A DNA stretch of 64,000 bases from Paragordius varius (GCA_964247055.1 OZ176053.1:6882001-6946000); one strand, 5' to 3'; shown: positions 11,974 to 25,600, counted from the first letter of the stretch. Notes: a model not told the origin generated them from the letters alone. Program-made: numbers and translations.

Positions 11974-14654
11974 CAGGGGTGTCCAACAGGGTACTCGCGA
12001 GCCACTAGTGGCTCATTGAAAATTTTGAGTGGCTCTTTGAAAATTCTGAAAAAAAAATTTTTTAAAAAAAAAATAATTTCTAATTTATTTAAAAAAATTT
12101 TATATGTAAATTATGCATTTTTATTTTGACATTTAAATTATTTTTAGAAACTTTAAATAAAATTTTTTATTATAAATATCTATCATCGCATTAATTTAAT
12201 CATTTATAAAACTCATTTTTTCCTGCATGTTATTTCCAACTTCAAGATGATAACTTTCACATTAAATTAAACATTAAATATAGGCATTTAAAATAATTTA
12301 TTTAGCTTTCATACCAATACTGGGAATTATAATTTGGGTCCATTGAAACATTCAAATACTTGCAAAAAATAGGTATTTAAAATAATTCATTTAGCTTTCA
12401 TACCAATACTGGGAATTATATTTAAGGTCCATTGAAAAATTAAATTACTTGCAAAAAATAGGTGCTTAAAATAATTTATTTAGCTTTCCTACCAATACTG
12501 GGAATTACTTGCAAAAAAATAGGTATTTAAAATAATTTATTTAGCTTTGAATATGCTAAATCTAAAAAAGTAACTAGAAAATACAATCCCAACTGGGAAT
12601 TAAAATATGGGTTTACTCAAATTTTCACCAAAGCGGAGTGCCTTATTTGCAAATTTACGACAAACGGGTTTCGCCAAAATTTAAAAAGACATGCCAATAC
12701 CATGCATTGGATTTTATTAATATGACTACAGAAATGAAAATAATAAAATTAGAATCTTTAAAAAATAATAATAATCTCCAACTAACAATTTAATTCACGC
12801 AACCTTATCCGATAATAAAGGCACGTTATATTGTTGCCAATTTCCTCGCCAAAAAAATGAAGCCTTATTCTGATGGTGAGTTTGTAAAGGAATGCCTACT
12901 GGAAATTATAAAATGTGTTTTGCCTAATAAAATTGAATTAATATCCAGTATAAGTCTTTCGCGCAATATGTGTCGACGAATTACAGACGTCGCAGAAGAA
13001 ATTAAACTTTGAAGAAAGAATTGAAAATTTTGTGGCGTTTTCCTTGTCATTTGATGAAAGCACAGATATAAGCAACACATCACAATTGGTAGTTCTTATT
13101 CGAGGGATAGATGAATATTTTAATATAACAGAAGATATGTTAGGCTTACTTCCGATGAAAAATACAACTAAGAGAGATGATATGTTCCATGCAATTTTAA
13201 AATGTATTGAGAACAATAAATTAAATATGGGGGCGCTATCTTTTTTGACAACAGATGGTGGCCCAGCTATGATGGGAAAAAACAAGGGAACCATGAAATT
13301 ATTGTTAAATAAGATGGAATCCGATGGTATTAATATTGACCATATATATATAGTGCATTGCATGACTCACCGTGAAAATCTCTGCGCACATGCTCTGACA
13401 ATGGACATTGTTATGACCGTTGTTATTAAAGTAGTTAATTTTATAAATTCTCATGCTTTGAAGCATAAGCAGTTTAAGGAGTTATTAGAAGAAATTCATT
13501 CAGAATATGGAGATCTTATATTTTTCAAATGTAAGGTGGCTTAGTCGAGGGAAATGTCTAAAAAGGTTTTATTATTTATTAAAAGAAATTTTTCTATTGC
13601 AGAATAATTATTTGGTAGAGGAATTAACCAATGAAGATTGGTTGTCAGATTTATGCTTTTCCGTAGACATTACCAAAAAATTAAATCAATTAAATGATCC
13701 TTGCAAAAGCAAGATAATTTAATTATTGATACGAATAACCATTTTAAAGCGTTTCGTAAAAAATTGACGTTATTTGAATGCCATTTAAAAAAAATAATGC
13801 TGATTTCCCAGAATTCAATAGATTTAAAGCTGGTAAAACTAACGATTTTTTAAAATATGCAGATCAAATTAACATATTATTAAAAGCTTTTAATAATCGA
13901 TATGGGAATATGACAAAATATGAAAAAATATTTGATTTATTTTGTTGTTAATTCTACGTTGAAGCTATCAACGCTCCTATTAATTTACAAATGGAATTAC
14001 TAGATTTGCAATCCAATAATGAATTAAAATTATTATTTGGGCAAACAAATAAAATTGAATTTCATAAAAAATATATAGCGTTTGATAAATTTCCTAATTC
14101 AAGAATTTTTGCACAAAGATTAATTTGTGCTTTTGGGTCCACTTATCTTTGTAAAAGTTTTTTTTCTCAAATAAAATACACAAAATCTCTTTCATGTTCT
14201 TTATTAATTGATGAAAACTTGGAGAAATTGAGATGTGCTGTATCAAATATTGATATAGATCTGAATAAATTAAGCAAAAAAATACAAAACAAATATCCCA
14301 TTAAAAATTTAATTATGCAATGAAAAATATTTATTTCTTTTATTTTTATTAGATTAAAAAAGGTTACATTTTGACGATTAAATTCGCCACAGTCACTCTA
14401 GTCATACTATCGAATTGCAATAAGTTTACCATATCCATGTATTTGTATCTTTTTTTTACACATTGATATAATTTAATTAGCAAAGCATTATTATATTTAT
14501 ACTGTTTATTTTCTTTTATATATAATTAGCACGTATATATGTTAATATAATTAAATTATTTGTTATTAATGTCTTGATATATAAAAAAAGTGGCTCTTTG
14601 GAATTTTGAGGTCGAAAAGGTGGCTCTTCAAGCCATTTGTGTTGGACACCTCTG
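11974..14654 (+). mobile_element. hAT Buster/Charlie (SPIN/GTF2IRD2-like) DNA transposon with decayed transposase
   Basis: 15-bp TIRs CAGGGGTGTCCAACA / TGTTGGACACCTCTG, perfect 8-bp TSD CTCTAAAA, subterminal GTGGCTC repeats. Transposase fragments include FSLSFDESTDISNTSQL, TTDGGPAMMG, HCMTHRENLC, VRWLSRGKCL and FGSTYLCKSFFS, split by frameshifts and stops. Confidence 0.93.
12281..12548. repeat. Tandem repeat of about 89 bp inside the hAT 5' region (two full copies plus two shortened ones)
   Basis: Recurring AGG(C/T)ATTTAAAATAATTTATTTAGCTTTCATACCAATACTGGGAATTA...TACTTGCAAAAAAT. Confidence 0.85.
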
Positions 14655-15218
14655 CTCTAAAATAATGATAAATTAAACAATAAATAATTTATTATATACC
14701 CTAACAACCTAACAAAGTTTTTTGAGGATGTCTGTCTTTATGTCATTATGAATTCGAAACTAAGTTAGCAACCGCTAAAATTTAACAAGCCGGTTTTTAC
14801 CCATTTAATCTTTTTGGCAAACTCAAAATTCCTTTTCATTCTTCGAGAATCCACTTTGTTCCAATATTTTGTTGTTTTTTATCATTTTTATTATATATCA
14901 CGTGATAAAAATATTTACTATTTATGGTTACTTTTAAAAACCTGACCCCCATGATACTCTGTATTTGGTATTTAAATTTTGTGCTAATTTATTTTTGCTA
15001 AATATAAATTTTACTCATGATAGTTTTGCCGTTAGTTTTGATCAAATGTTAGAAACGGTTTGTTAAAATCATTCATTACTTGAGCAAAAATTTAAACAGA
15101 TTAATTATATAATTAATTTAATTTATGTCTATTTTATAAACATTATTTATTACATTTTTGATAACTTTATGAGAACTACACCATCCATTAAAACATTATA
15201 TTTGTTTATAAAATGATT

Positions 15219-16619
15219 CTACGGTAGTTGCCATTTGATTGATGGAATTTGCAAATTTCGATTTGATACTTTGTTGATGATTCGTTCGGTTTTAAACGTT
15301 TTCCTTAAAATGCGATTTTTAAACACCAACCATAATGTTAGCTTATTGTGTTCTAAATGCAGTTGCATACGTACTAAATGTAAAATCGGTTTTCTAAATG
15401 TATGACTATATATCTGGCCCATTGAGTGCATATTTAACATCCCTAATTTTTGCATAAGATCACTTTTGTTGGTAAAAGGCAATACTATAAGAGTCTTAAG
15501 TGCCCGACATTCTTCCATTCCCAATGCAATGACTATTAAATTGGCATGAATTAGTACATCCAAAAATTTTAATTTTGTCAAGCCATTATGAGTGGTAACT
15601 GAATTGCTATTGCCTAGAATAAGGGAGTTATTTGTGAGGTAAAACATAACAATCTGATCATTTATCAAACTTAATATATAATCTGACCGTATAATTATAC
15701 GGCACGAAAGGGGTAACTTTATTGCATGATTTAAAGCCCCGGATAATTGAACAATTTTATGAATATTTATGTTGGGTCTATGTGAAGAACAATGGTGATT
15801 ATCATGATTTTTAAATAATATTTTATATATCTGGATTTGAGAGGCATATATATTGTTTCCAGTTAATACCGCAATCATTCCTCCACTGATTTCGCAGTTC
15901 AGATACCGTAAAGGTGGATAAAGAGTTTGTACTTCTATTTCATTATAATTGTAATGAAAATTAATACAATCCGATTGTAAACATATCAAAAGCCCATTAT
16001 CCAATACAACCTTTAGAATTATAGAGTCCCTAATATATCGCACAAGGTGCATGGGTGCAAACCATACTTTTGAATATCTCCTTAATGTCGTTTTAACCGT
16101 AAATATATCACAAGTTCCGTTTGGATAGATGCCAAGAATGCTTGGAAACTTTTCGTAAATTATTGATCCAACTGTTTTTCCTGGTAAAATAAAAATGTCG
16201 AATAATGGTTGGCGTAAGTCTATGCATAAACGTTGTTTGCGATTAGACGATAGATTTCTTTGTACCACTTCAACCCAATAATGTATATCCGTTTGATAAT
16301 AGCAAACATTGTGTGAAGCTGTAAATTTAGCAAAAATTAAGTAAGATCTCTTTTGTACAATTGTACTGCAAGGTAGTCGGCCAACATTCATATTGATATG
16401 TAAAAGGTGAAAAATCTCTTTCCAATCGCATTGGAATCTACATTCAAAGGAATTAAGTATGTCGGGAGAAAACTTTTGAACACATCCATTTTTCCAAATA
16501 TAAAAATTTACAGTTAGGAATTTATCTATCCATAGCTTGAAATAAGTATTAACCCTCCTAAGTTTTAATAATGTATAAATATCTAAATATTTAAAAATAC
16601 ATTGCCATATATCATCCAT
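15219..16619 (-). CDS. Intronless 466-aa protein with an N-terminal F-box-like motif
   Basis: Long uninterrupted ORF in very AT-rich DNA. The N-terminus MDDIWQCIFKYLDIYTLLKLRRVNTYFKLWI fits the F-box pattern; the rest is beta-rich and unrecognised. Confidence 0.7.
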   Translation of the reverse strand: MDDIWQCIFKYLDIYTLLKLRRVNTYFKLWIDKFLTVNFYIWKNGCVQKFSPDILNSFECRFQCDWKEIFHLLHINMNVGRLPCSTIVQKRSYLIFAKFTASHNVCYYQTDIHYWVEVVQRNLSSNRKQRLCIDLRQPLFDIFILPGKTVGSIIYEKFPSILGIYPNGTCDIFTVKTTLRRYSKVWFAPMHLVRYIRDSIILKVVLDNGLLICLQSDCINFHYNYNEIEVQTLYPPLRYLNCEISGGMIAVLTGNNIYASQIQIYKILFKNHDNHHCSSHRPNINIHKIVQLSGALNHAIKLPLSCRIIIRSDYILSLINDQIVMFYLTNNSLILGNSNSVTTHNGLTKLKFLDVLIHANLIVIALGMEECRALKTLIVLPFTNKSDLMQKLGMLNMHSMGQIYSHTFRKPILHLVRMQLHLEHNKLTLWLVFKNRILRKTFKTERIINKVSNRNLQIPSIKWQLP

Positions 16620-18813
16620 AAAATTAAACGATAGTTATGACAATATCATTGATACGTCACTAACATATAATTACTGTAGCGCTTGTCAAAAAAAAATCGT
16701 TGAAATTAAACATTTCCTATCTTTTAAAACTTTTTATCTGGATAACAGGAATATAAATTTTTGTATTTATTATGTCAATAATTTTAGTAGATCCTCTTAA
16801 CAATCCATATAAATATAATTTTTAACACATGTGAAATTAAGTTGGTTCCGAAATTCACCACTAAAATCTAGATTAACCTAATAATTGTGGTATCGATTTT
16901 AAGCTATTTACTAATTAAATGTGATAAACCTTTCCTGAATCATTCGTAAGATTAAAAACATCAATAGTTTATTCATCTATATAATATCGGGATTTTATAA
17001 TCATTGATTTTGTGTAGATCTGAAGTCGCTTCTTACTCTTGCTTTTTGATATCACCGAAAAATTGCTCGCTGCAAATAATTAAAAAACAGTGATTTAAAA
17101 CATTTTCTAATTTGACGTAAACTGAAATGCTTCTAAAGATATCAATGATATTACATTTTCAAATTAATCCTTTTAGGAAAAGATTTTTGTCATTACATAA
17201 GCTCGAATACATTTACATGTTGTATGTCCTTTTGGTATGTTGATTTGAAACTAAAATAATCTACCATTTTCTTATATTTAAATTTGCCAGATTTGTATGT
17301 CGAATAAAAACTAATCAGAGATCGTTAAAACAGACTCTTCGTTTTTATATTCTTTAAAAATATTATAGAACAAAATTTATTTATCAATTAAAGATTATCT
17401 TTAGTAGGAAAAGAGCGAAATACATACAAAAAATCTAAGATTTACCACCAAAATATAATTTGAAATAATTTTTTCCTTTACAGTACATAAAATTTAATTT
17501 TTTTATAAGTTAATTAATATGCAAAGTTGTGTTTCTATATAAGTCAATTACGACAAAAGTGGGAAAACTTTCTAAGTAAATCCCACAAAAGCATTAATCC
17601 AGATACATTTGCCTATAAGAAGTTTCTTTTTCACCACAAATTTTTTTGCATCCATTTTTCACTGAGTTTTAGCCGGCGTGATGGTATAAAGGGCGCCCGA
17701 CTTTTACACTGCGTTCAAGAGTTTGAACCACAAAACTACGCAATTTTTCCATCATCACTGTCAGCCCTGGGCAGACGAGTGTTCTTTCACATCTCCGGAG
17801 ACAATTTAAGACCATACCCTTTAAAGGAAAGAGACTTTAACCTGTTGTTTTAGCTAAGGTAATGTTTTTTTAATATTTTATAATTTATTGGATTAAAGTG
17901 CCAGCATAAACCCAAATTTAGGCAACCTATTAATATAGTTTATATTGCTATATAACCATTTTCTTCGTCAATATAATATGATATATAATTAGGTGCGAAT
18001 GTAATTTTAGCTGTAGAATATAAATTAAAATATTTTAATGTTCTAAATATATGTAAGCTGTAGATTGATATAGTTTTCCAAAGTTTCCAAGCATTAAACA
18101 TTGTTTATAACGACAAAGGATATGATTTTCGCATTTATGTTTGATAGTTTACAAAAATTTTGCAGGTGAAGTCTACACAGTAAGTATTTGACACCCATAT
18201 TTATAAGAGGTATTTGCATTGCGCTATGAAATATGCCAAATTACCCTATTTTAGAATTTTATAATAGGTGTAAATGTATAAATGAAATACATCAATTACT
18301 TTTTAAGTTATTAAAAACATACAGACATGTATGAAATCTTTTATAATTATTTCCAACTATCTTAACTTATAAAAATAGAGATATGAATATAATTTTTGTT
18401 TTTAACAATATTATAAATTAATTTGCTCATCAAGCAGTTGTTTTCTGTTTTTACAATTCGAATCATCCATCCATCCATTACTTTGCCTCAAATTAACCAT
18501 TCCACGCATCAAGGTACGCTTTTATTTATGATCATAAATATTTATTATTTTATATTTGGAAACAAAATAAATTGTTTCAATCAATAGCACTGGCCCAGAT
18601 TGGTTAATTGGTTTCTTTGGTGTTAATGTGAAAATGGTATTTTATGGTTGCGCAACTAACTTTTGTTAATGGGTGTGTAGTGTCGTAGTGGCACCATGGT
18701 TTGGTTGGGCATACGGAAACCCTATTAATACTTTAAATTTAGTGTACTTTCGTAATGTTTCCTTTTTTACCATCTTGGATTATAAAATTCAGGACCTACA
18801 AACACGTTAATAA

Positions 18814-21299
18814 ATGCCAAGATCATCACGCTCTGCTTCTTCATACAGTCGATCACGAAGCCGTAGTGGAAGGAATCGCAGGTCACGATCGCGTTCATCA
18901 CCTCGAGCAGCACGAAATCGTAGGAGTCGAAGTCGATCATATGGATTCCGTAGGGAGCGAGATGGAAGTTTTGACGATTCAACATACAATGATGCTCGCC
19001 TCCACATTTCTGACCTTACAGTCGATTGTTCCAAACGAGAAATTGAGGAAAGATTTGCTAAATATGGTGCGCTTAGAGAGGTATGGGTTGCACGTAATCC
19101 ACCCTGCTTTGCGTTTGTCGTTTATAATGAACCGGAGGACGCCAGGAGAGCAATGAAAAAGATGGATGGAACGTAACTTTTAACATCTATTTTATCAATT
19201 TGGGAGAATGCTATTTTAAAAAAATTGTTTTAAACACACGTTTAATGTTAAATCAAGGTTTTTTTCTTAATTTTTTCTTAAGGCTTATTACAGATAAACA
19301 AACTATTCACTTGTTTTGTTCTCAGTTTATACATTAAATTTGAAGATAACGTTTTTTTAAATTGAATTAAATTAATAAATAATTGTAAAATATTTTTTTA
19401 AAAGCTTCATGATTTATTTTTTACCTATAACACCATTTAAACGGTCAAATGATGTATTATAATTAAAAACAATGTGTGATTATTATGGTAATTTATTTTT
19501 AGTACTCTTTGTGGAAATAAAGTGCGAGTTACAGTAGCCAGACCACGGACTCGAGGTACTCGTCGAGCAAATAATTTTGATCCAAATATGCGCTGTTACA
19601 CTTGCGGTCAAAGGGGACATTTTTCACGGGAATGTCCCAATTCGCACAGAAGTTACAAGTATTTTACCGCATTTCTATAAATATATAGATTAAAATTAAA
19701 TTAAGGGAAAAATTACAAGGTCAAATGGATTTTTTTTAATTTTTTCGCTATTACATTATTCTTATTTAAATGTGCCATATTCATCGTAGACTTTTTTTCT
19801 TGTCAAATTTCACTACTAATAAACACTTGTTGTTATTAATAAATATACATGTTTTTATTTCATATTTTATTTTCAAATGTTATATTTTAGCCGATCTCGT
19901 AGTTATTCACGATCCAGATCTCGGGATCGAAGATCTCGTCGCCGTGACGATTCCCGCAAACGTAATAGAAAATCAGTCACTCCCGAAAGTATAATTTTTA
20001 TTTTTTTCGTAAGAAATATTTCGATAATCTATATTCGATATATATATTACTTTAAAATTAAAATGATAGAATTTTGGGCGGGTGCTGTTGACTTTACCAA
20101 ATAATAAAATCGTAAAAACGAATCATAAAACACAAATTTTTTAACAACGATGAATGTTTTTTTTATCGAAAATATATTTTTTCTTCTTTTGTTGTCATGA
20201 ATCGCTCTTTTGTGAGATAATCTTTACGCCTAAACAAACGAAACTTATGACAAAATGATTGCATATTATATTTATACACCAACTATATAATAATAAATTT
20301 TAAAATAATTTTATGTAAACATCAGTAGTAATATTTTATTAATGAACTTTTGTCAAAAACATCTCACTTGTATTTTATTTGATAAAGTTAGATGCATTAA
20401 ACGAAAATTTATTAATAAATGCTGATGTTTGCATCAAATTATTTTTAAATAACAATGGTTTATGTATATTAGGAAAACGGGGTAGTAGACGTCGATCTGT
20501 CGATAGCCGTGACAATGATAGAAGTGTTTCTAGGGGTCGAGGAGATCGCAGGTCTTCACCAGTCGCCGCTTCAAACCGGAAACGCAGTCCTGTGAAATCT
20601 TCATCGCGTAGAAATGAAAGAGATAATAATGATTATAACAGCAACCGCAACGCTAATAAAGATTCGCAAACACCTTCACCTCGTGCCAGGCGTGGTAGAT
20701 CATCGGGTGGAAGTCGGTCTCCTCGTTACTCTAAATCACGTTCCCCCGTTAACAATGGTATATACATTAGAATGATTAAAATTAGTTTGGCACGTTTTTT
20801 CTCTTTATCAGGGGAAATAAAAACAGTGTTTTAATTGGTTTTGGACCAAATTGTTATAGTCCTTATATTTCCAAAATTTTTGGTTTGAGTTTTTTTAAAC
20901 TCAAGTCGTGTCAATTGGGAATTTTTTACTTTACAGAAAACCAAATGATTTTGCATGTGAATAAATAGCAAAAATCGTGTGTAACTCTCTACTTTTTTAA
21001 TTTTTTTAAAAAATAAAATATTTTAATGGTTTAAAACTATCTATGGTTCCCATCTTTTTTTTAAAAAAACTTTTTGAGCTACAAATTTTAAATTAACGAT
21101 TTTAAAACACAAATGAATATTTGTATTCTATATTATGATTTTGTATATCTAGACAAGTATTCACAACAGCGCAACGATTATGAAGATTACGATAATGGTG
21201 TTAATGGGCGAGAAAGTAAAATATATTTTGCTTACATCCTTATCTATGATTTATTAACCATATATTTTTCATTTTCTAGATATAATGGCGACAGAATGA
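18814..21299 (+). CDS. SRSF7: SR splicing factor of the SRSF7/SRSF3 (9G8/X16-like) family: RRM, CCHC zinc knuckle and RS domains
   Basis: RRM with VWVARNPPCFAFVVY, knuckle CYTCGQRGHFSREC, RS-rich exons. Coding exons about 18814-19173, 19503-19658, 19891-19988, 20473-20757, 21152-21215 and 21280-21299 join in frame. Confidence 0.85.
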
Positions 21300-22613
21300 T
21301 ATGTTGATTTGAGACTAGAATCTGTTATATGATTTTATTGCACCAAAATACTATATGTATAGATTTGAATAAATTAAATGTTATTATTACATATTAATTA
21401 AATATTCTATTAATGCGATTCTATAAATAAATGTTTAAAATATAATCCTTTTCTAAAAATTTGTGTTTGACCAGTTTTATTACAAAGGAAATAGCCATTG
21501 TCAAATAATCAATACTAAAATTATAAAAAATGATATGAAAATAATTAAATATTTTATCTTAAAATATTAGATATTGTAATAAAATAGAGGCTACCCACAT
21601 TATAGAGATATTTCATTGCTTAAAATTAATTATTAAAAATTCACTATGATCCCAAACCATTAACGTGTTCAATAATGCAAATAACTTTAACGATAAAATT
21701 TTAAAACATTCTATTAATGGATTCCCCCTGAATCAGAGAAAATCATGATTTTTCCACTTTATCATTTTTCCTAAAATGTGAAATAAAATTTTATTGATTT
21801 AAGAGATTAAGATTAATTAATATTAAATTTTATTTAATAAATAATCTATATTTCAAAAAAAACAAAAAATGAATAAATTTCTATTATGAACCGCAATGCC
21901 TCCAATGGACTACAACTAAAATATGAGTCTTGAAAATTGAAAAAGTCAATGATGATTAGCATGAGCTAATTAGTTTACATGGGTTGTTAATTTAAAAAAG
22001 TTCATCATGATGAGGCTCCACCGTCTCTGCTCACTTAGTCGACGAAAATTCTGATTTTAGCTGTTTTTATTTTAAATGTATATCTCTAAATTAATTTGAT
22101 TTTATTAGGCTAGCTTCAAAATGGGCAAATTAGAAGATTATATTTTAATATTATCAAATATAACCCGAAAACTAGTGCATTCTCGGCTTCGAACCAGGTC
22201 AAAAAATGTGGAACCGAAACTAGCCACATTTCTAAAAATTATTGAAACCGGGGTCCTGAACAATAAAAAGAACTGGGTTGTTTGAAACCGAGCTAGTCTA
22301 AAAATTTGAAAGAAGAAGCCAACCGAACCGGTTTTAAATAAAATCTCGCTTTTAATAACTTCGCCGTTAAACAAACATGTATTAAAAAATTTGCAATTTC
22401 ATAATTATCTACTATATTTATTTATGACACTCGGATATCACATTATAAAAATAATTATGTATATATTTTCACTATCAAACTACACAATTATATTAGATTA
22501 AATGACATTTATAAACATACATTTTTGAGATACGCGGAGCGAGACATTTCAATCCACAACATATTTTATATCTAAAAAAACCATTCGAAAATGATAGAAT
22601 CTTTCTGGATGGA

Positions 22614-25600
22614 TCACTGCTTGTTTGATAAAATTGACTCAGGTTTCCCGGGTGAAAGTGGGTTATAATCTGACGTGGTGTAAAACCATTTATAGGTTAT
22701 GTACCAACATGATATGGCTATAAGAACAGCACTAAATTTTTGTACCGTCGTGTGAAAGTAAAGTATAGTTGCAAAAATCATAAGCTCCCAAACGTATGAT
22801 AAAAATCCCAAACACAAAGCATTCGTGCGCAAAAAGGTATCAATCCAGGGATTGTTAACTAAAATTCGTCTTAATGCAACCATTTTGGTTGAGGATCTAT
22901 AGAAACAACAAAAAATGGACAAAAATTAGATAATATGACTATTATGTTTATAAGGAAAAATGACTCGTTAGATTTGCACTAATATTTGATATTAGGCAAA
23001 GAAACATTCTCAGACTTATGTAAAAATATGGAAAACATTATGTTTTGTTAACATAAAATATTACTTATCTACATTTTGGTGTCATAGCAAATTTATCATA
23101 AAATTGAGTTGAATTTATAAATAATCAAATGGAAAAAAAATTCATCTCAAATTACCATAAACTATTTTTTTGTTTTTAAATAAATTTATAAAATAAAAAT
23201 TAACCCAAATTTAGAAAGAAATAAAAATTATTTATAATTTGGTGGCAAACTCTGAATTAGTATCAAATATAGAAAGCATTTAACACTTTAAAAGTTAAAA
23301 AGTGTAACTTAATTGAGTTGTTAACCAATGTATAATTTAAATATTGTTTTTAATATATTTACCTTTTTTGAAGCGAACAGGTAGTTTAAAATAAAAGTGT
23401 TAATTGATATTTATTTGGAGGCACTTAAGCAATATATCGAAAAAAATACCTTGAGGAGCTAACGGCGTTAGTTTGTTGTTCCATTAATATATTTTTGGTC
23501 CGTTCCCAATGTTGATACAGTTTACATTCTTCCCCAATGATCAACTGGCAATATGTTAGCATAAAAATGTGACCTAAAAACCAAAGATATATTTTAAGTT
23601 TCATCCTAATAAGAGGCATTTTTTTTAAATTGCTTGTGAAATTATTAACAATCCCATTTTTAAATTCCTTTTGGATACCACACCATAGAGTACTAAAAAA
23701 ATTTTGTTCTTTATTTTATTGAAAAGTAATGAAAAACTAAAAGCTAAGTATTTTTCCTATATTTGATAAGCTCTGATGTAGTAATTACGATTATTGTCTA
23801 TACACGTCTATGGATATAAATGAAACTAATATATTATTAACTATAAATTATAATAATATTTAGTAACACTCAATTACAAATAATGAATTCATATTTTTCA
23901 ATAATAATGGATATTATGTAGACTCCTTATGCAAAATAAGAAAAGTATAAAAGTAATATTAAAGTTAAATTATATAACATCGATATATTATATAAATATA
24001 TATTAAAAATCCAATTAATTGAGTATAATTTTCAGAGATAATTCACTGCTTTCATTGGGTGTATCAGCTGATAGCAAAATTATGCTTGGTTTACCAAAGT
24101 TTTTTAAAAATATATTTTTATGATTCAATTGAAAGCTAAAGCTCAATTAGAGAAAATAGAAAAAAATATAAGTGCTACAAAAAGTTTGGGATGAATTTTA
24201 CAGTAAATTTTACTGCATTATTGATGCATTTTATGTAGATCAAGTAGTTAAAAGTTAAATTAAAATATCAATGCGTCTTTGCACCATTTTTGTTTAAGTC
24301 TTTGGTTCAACTACCTCAAATCTTTACGAAGTTTTAAATTATGGAACAAGCCACATTATGATTATTTTCTCCAACCTATATAAATGTAAAATATATAATT
24401 CAGTCTATCAAATACATCTATTTCATATATCTTAATCTTAAACGATAAACTCATGTTTGACAAAATATATTCTCCATAAAAAATTCCTGAACATTTCGAT
24501 TTTGTATTAAAATTTTAAATTTTAACTGAAATTTTTGTCAAATATATATACATTAGTGTGCAGTTAGAGAAACCTGATAAATCCAATCCAACCCACTTGC
24601 CTCCACGGGCATGACAAATAGCATAAGCCAACTTGGAATCTCCAGTCGCTAATGAACACAAACCCACATTTCGTTCAACCAACAAAAAAAGTGTGGTCCA
24701 AAAATACCTAAATTTATAAAAAAAGGAATTAGAATGCTACAATCCAAAAACAAATAAATTACTTTAGATATGATATGGGCGCCATAATGTTTAAAAATAT
24801 TGGTCAATAATTTAACGTTGGTAGACAATATGTATGCGTATTAAGACCATGACCATTTATAATAAACATAATGGTTTAAACTTTTAAAACTTTTATTTAA
24901 TCGAATAGCGTATAAAATTTTATTAATTTTAAACTAATAGTTAAATTGCAATTTTAAATGATAAACGGTTAACCCTACTTTTGATATAACACACAGTAGT
25001 GCATTTATAAGCGGTCAATCAAGCCCTTGCCAATAAATATTTAGATTTCAACAATGCCACAATTGTAAAAAGGATGCGTTAAATTCAAAGTAATTTTAGT
25101 AATTTAGTGTATTCCAAGTTTAAAAAATGAAAAAATCATAACCTAAATTTGTTGATTTTATTTAAAAATAATTATGCTGTAAAATTAAAATAACTCTATG
25201 CCCCTTTCAATCATTTATAAGATGAAATTTTATTTACAATTAATATATATTGTACCGATAATATAAAAGTTACCATAAAATTGTAGCATATATTAATCGA
25301 GATGAATGTCGTAAAGTTGTTTGAATACTTCCATTACTAAGTAAGTAAGAGGTCGAACAAACGATCGGTAACAAAAGGGACATAGTCCATCCCCAACCAA
25401 TTTTAACTCCGTATAAATTTAGATAATTTTCTTTCCGTGCAAGGAATGAGTGAGGAGGTGTAAAGAAATCACATATTAATGATCCTACATAATATGAAAA
25501 GTTTACCTAACAAGATGTATGCAAGAAAAAACCCAGCCCGTGATTCAACATTTATAAAAAGAATTTTTTTGGCTAAATTTCCAAAAAATACTAAAAAATA

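Noticed and set aside
17655-17720. tRNA- or 7SL-like GC-rich start (GCCGGCGTGATGGTATA...GTTTGAACC)
   Set aside because: No complementary acceptor stem or cloverleaf could be built; more likely 5' UTR exon sequence.
18755-19156. Overlapping alternative-frame and antisense ORFs over the SR gene
   Set aside because: By-products of low-complexity RS codons and the lack of stops; no independent coding signal.
21949-22054. C/D snoRNA-like boxes (two ATGATGA and a CTGA)
   Set aside because: No terminal stem, no recognisable rRNA guide, intergenic or 3' UTR position; such boxes arise by chance in AT-rich DNA.
22150-22380. Cluster of AACCG-type motifs
   Set aside because: Resembles subterminal repeats of a decayed DNA element, but no TIR or TSD was found.
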